Origin: Pirellulales bacterium
Lineage (GTDB): Bacteria > Planctomycetota > Planctomycetia > Pirellulales > PALSA-1355
Direction of reading: 5' to 3'
Assembly: GCA_963733035.1 (NCBI GenBank)
Contig: CAVTBU010000005.1
Location: 2,496,001 to 2,560,000, forward strand
DNA: 64,000 nt
A model generated the notes under the pieces. The model had not been told where the DNA came from. It searched no databases and saw only the letters and a program-made list of their open reading frames with translations. Below are positions 63,701 through 64,000 of the stretch, one piece after another (positions within the stretch are counted from its first letter, which is position 1; each line of letters opens with the position of its first letter). The position numbers and the translations under genes were made by a program.

Positions 63701-64000
63701 CTCTCCAGTCATCCGCTGGCGGAGCATGAGCAGACGTTGGCCACGTTTTGCTCGCACAACACGGTCGAGATCGCCAATCTGCCGCACCGCGCGGAAGTGA
63801 TCATGGGAGGTATTCTCTCCTCAATCAAGTTTTCGCAAACCAAGGCTCCCCGGCCCGGAAGTACCCACACCCGCTACGCCATGTTCGACCTGGAGGACAT
63901 GCAAGGCGCAATCCGCTGCATTATGTGGCCCGAGGAGTTCGCCAATTTGGGACATCTCGTCGAAGCCGATGCCACGCTCGTAATTCGGGGCACCGTCGAC
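60798..64000 (+). CDS. dnaE: DNA polymerase III alpha subunit (3' end beyond window); apparent frameshift near 62328
   Basis: FVHLHCHS.FSLLDG, TDHG, RGSG, PDIDID; after the shift the frame reads KIEGLARNVGTHAAAVVI, LLKMDFLGL, FAGYGFNKSH. Confidence 0.96.

Overview
GC-rich bacterial DNA, most likely Planctomycetota (Pirellulales-like). This is inferred from planctomycete-type export motifs (E-x-LE-x-R-x-L), dockerin-like, SHD1 and DUF1570-type proteins and six PEP-CTERM proteins. Housekeeping content includes a pilT / degenerate PilB-like / cvpA operon, hisF, dinG, nupC with two purine nucleoside phosphorylases, fabH, pepF and the 5' part of dnaE. Layered on this is a REP/RAYT mobilome. An intact REP-associated tyrosine transposase (7664-8371) sits with three copies of a palindromic REP (family A). 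A second repeat (family B, core AACTAAAGGGGACG) occurs about six times between 30.2 and 38.9 kb. It punctuates a patchwork of short cargo genes and 3'-end remnants of mobile elements: two 77-bp RAYT tails, a group II intron domain V-VI fragment and an integrase-core transposase tail. An IS256 element splits one of the cargo genes. About nine reading-frame breaks, including one in dnaE, fall at or near GCGC, which suggests methylation-linked long-read errors rather than true pseudogenes. No rRNA, tRNA or CRISPR array was seen. All family calls are from motif recognition by eye; no searches were run.
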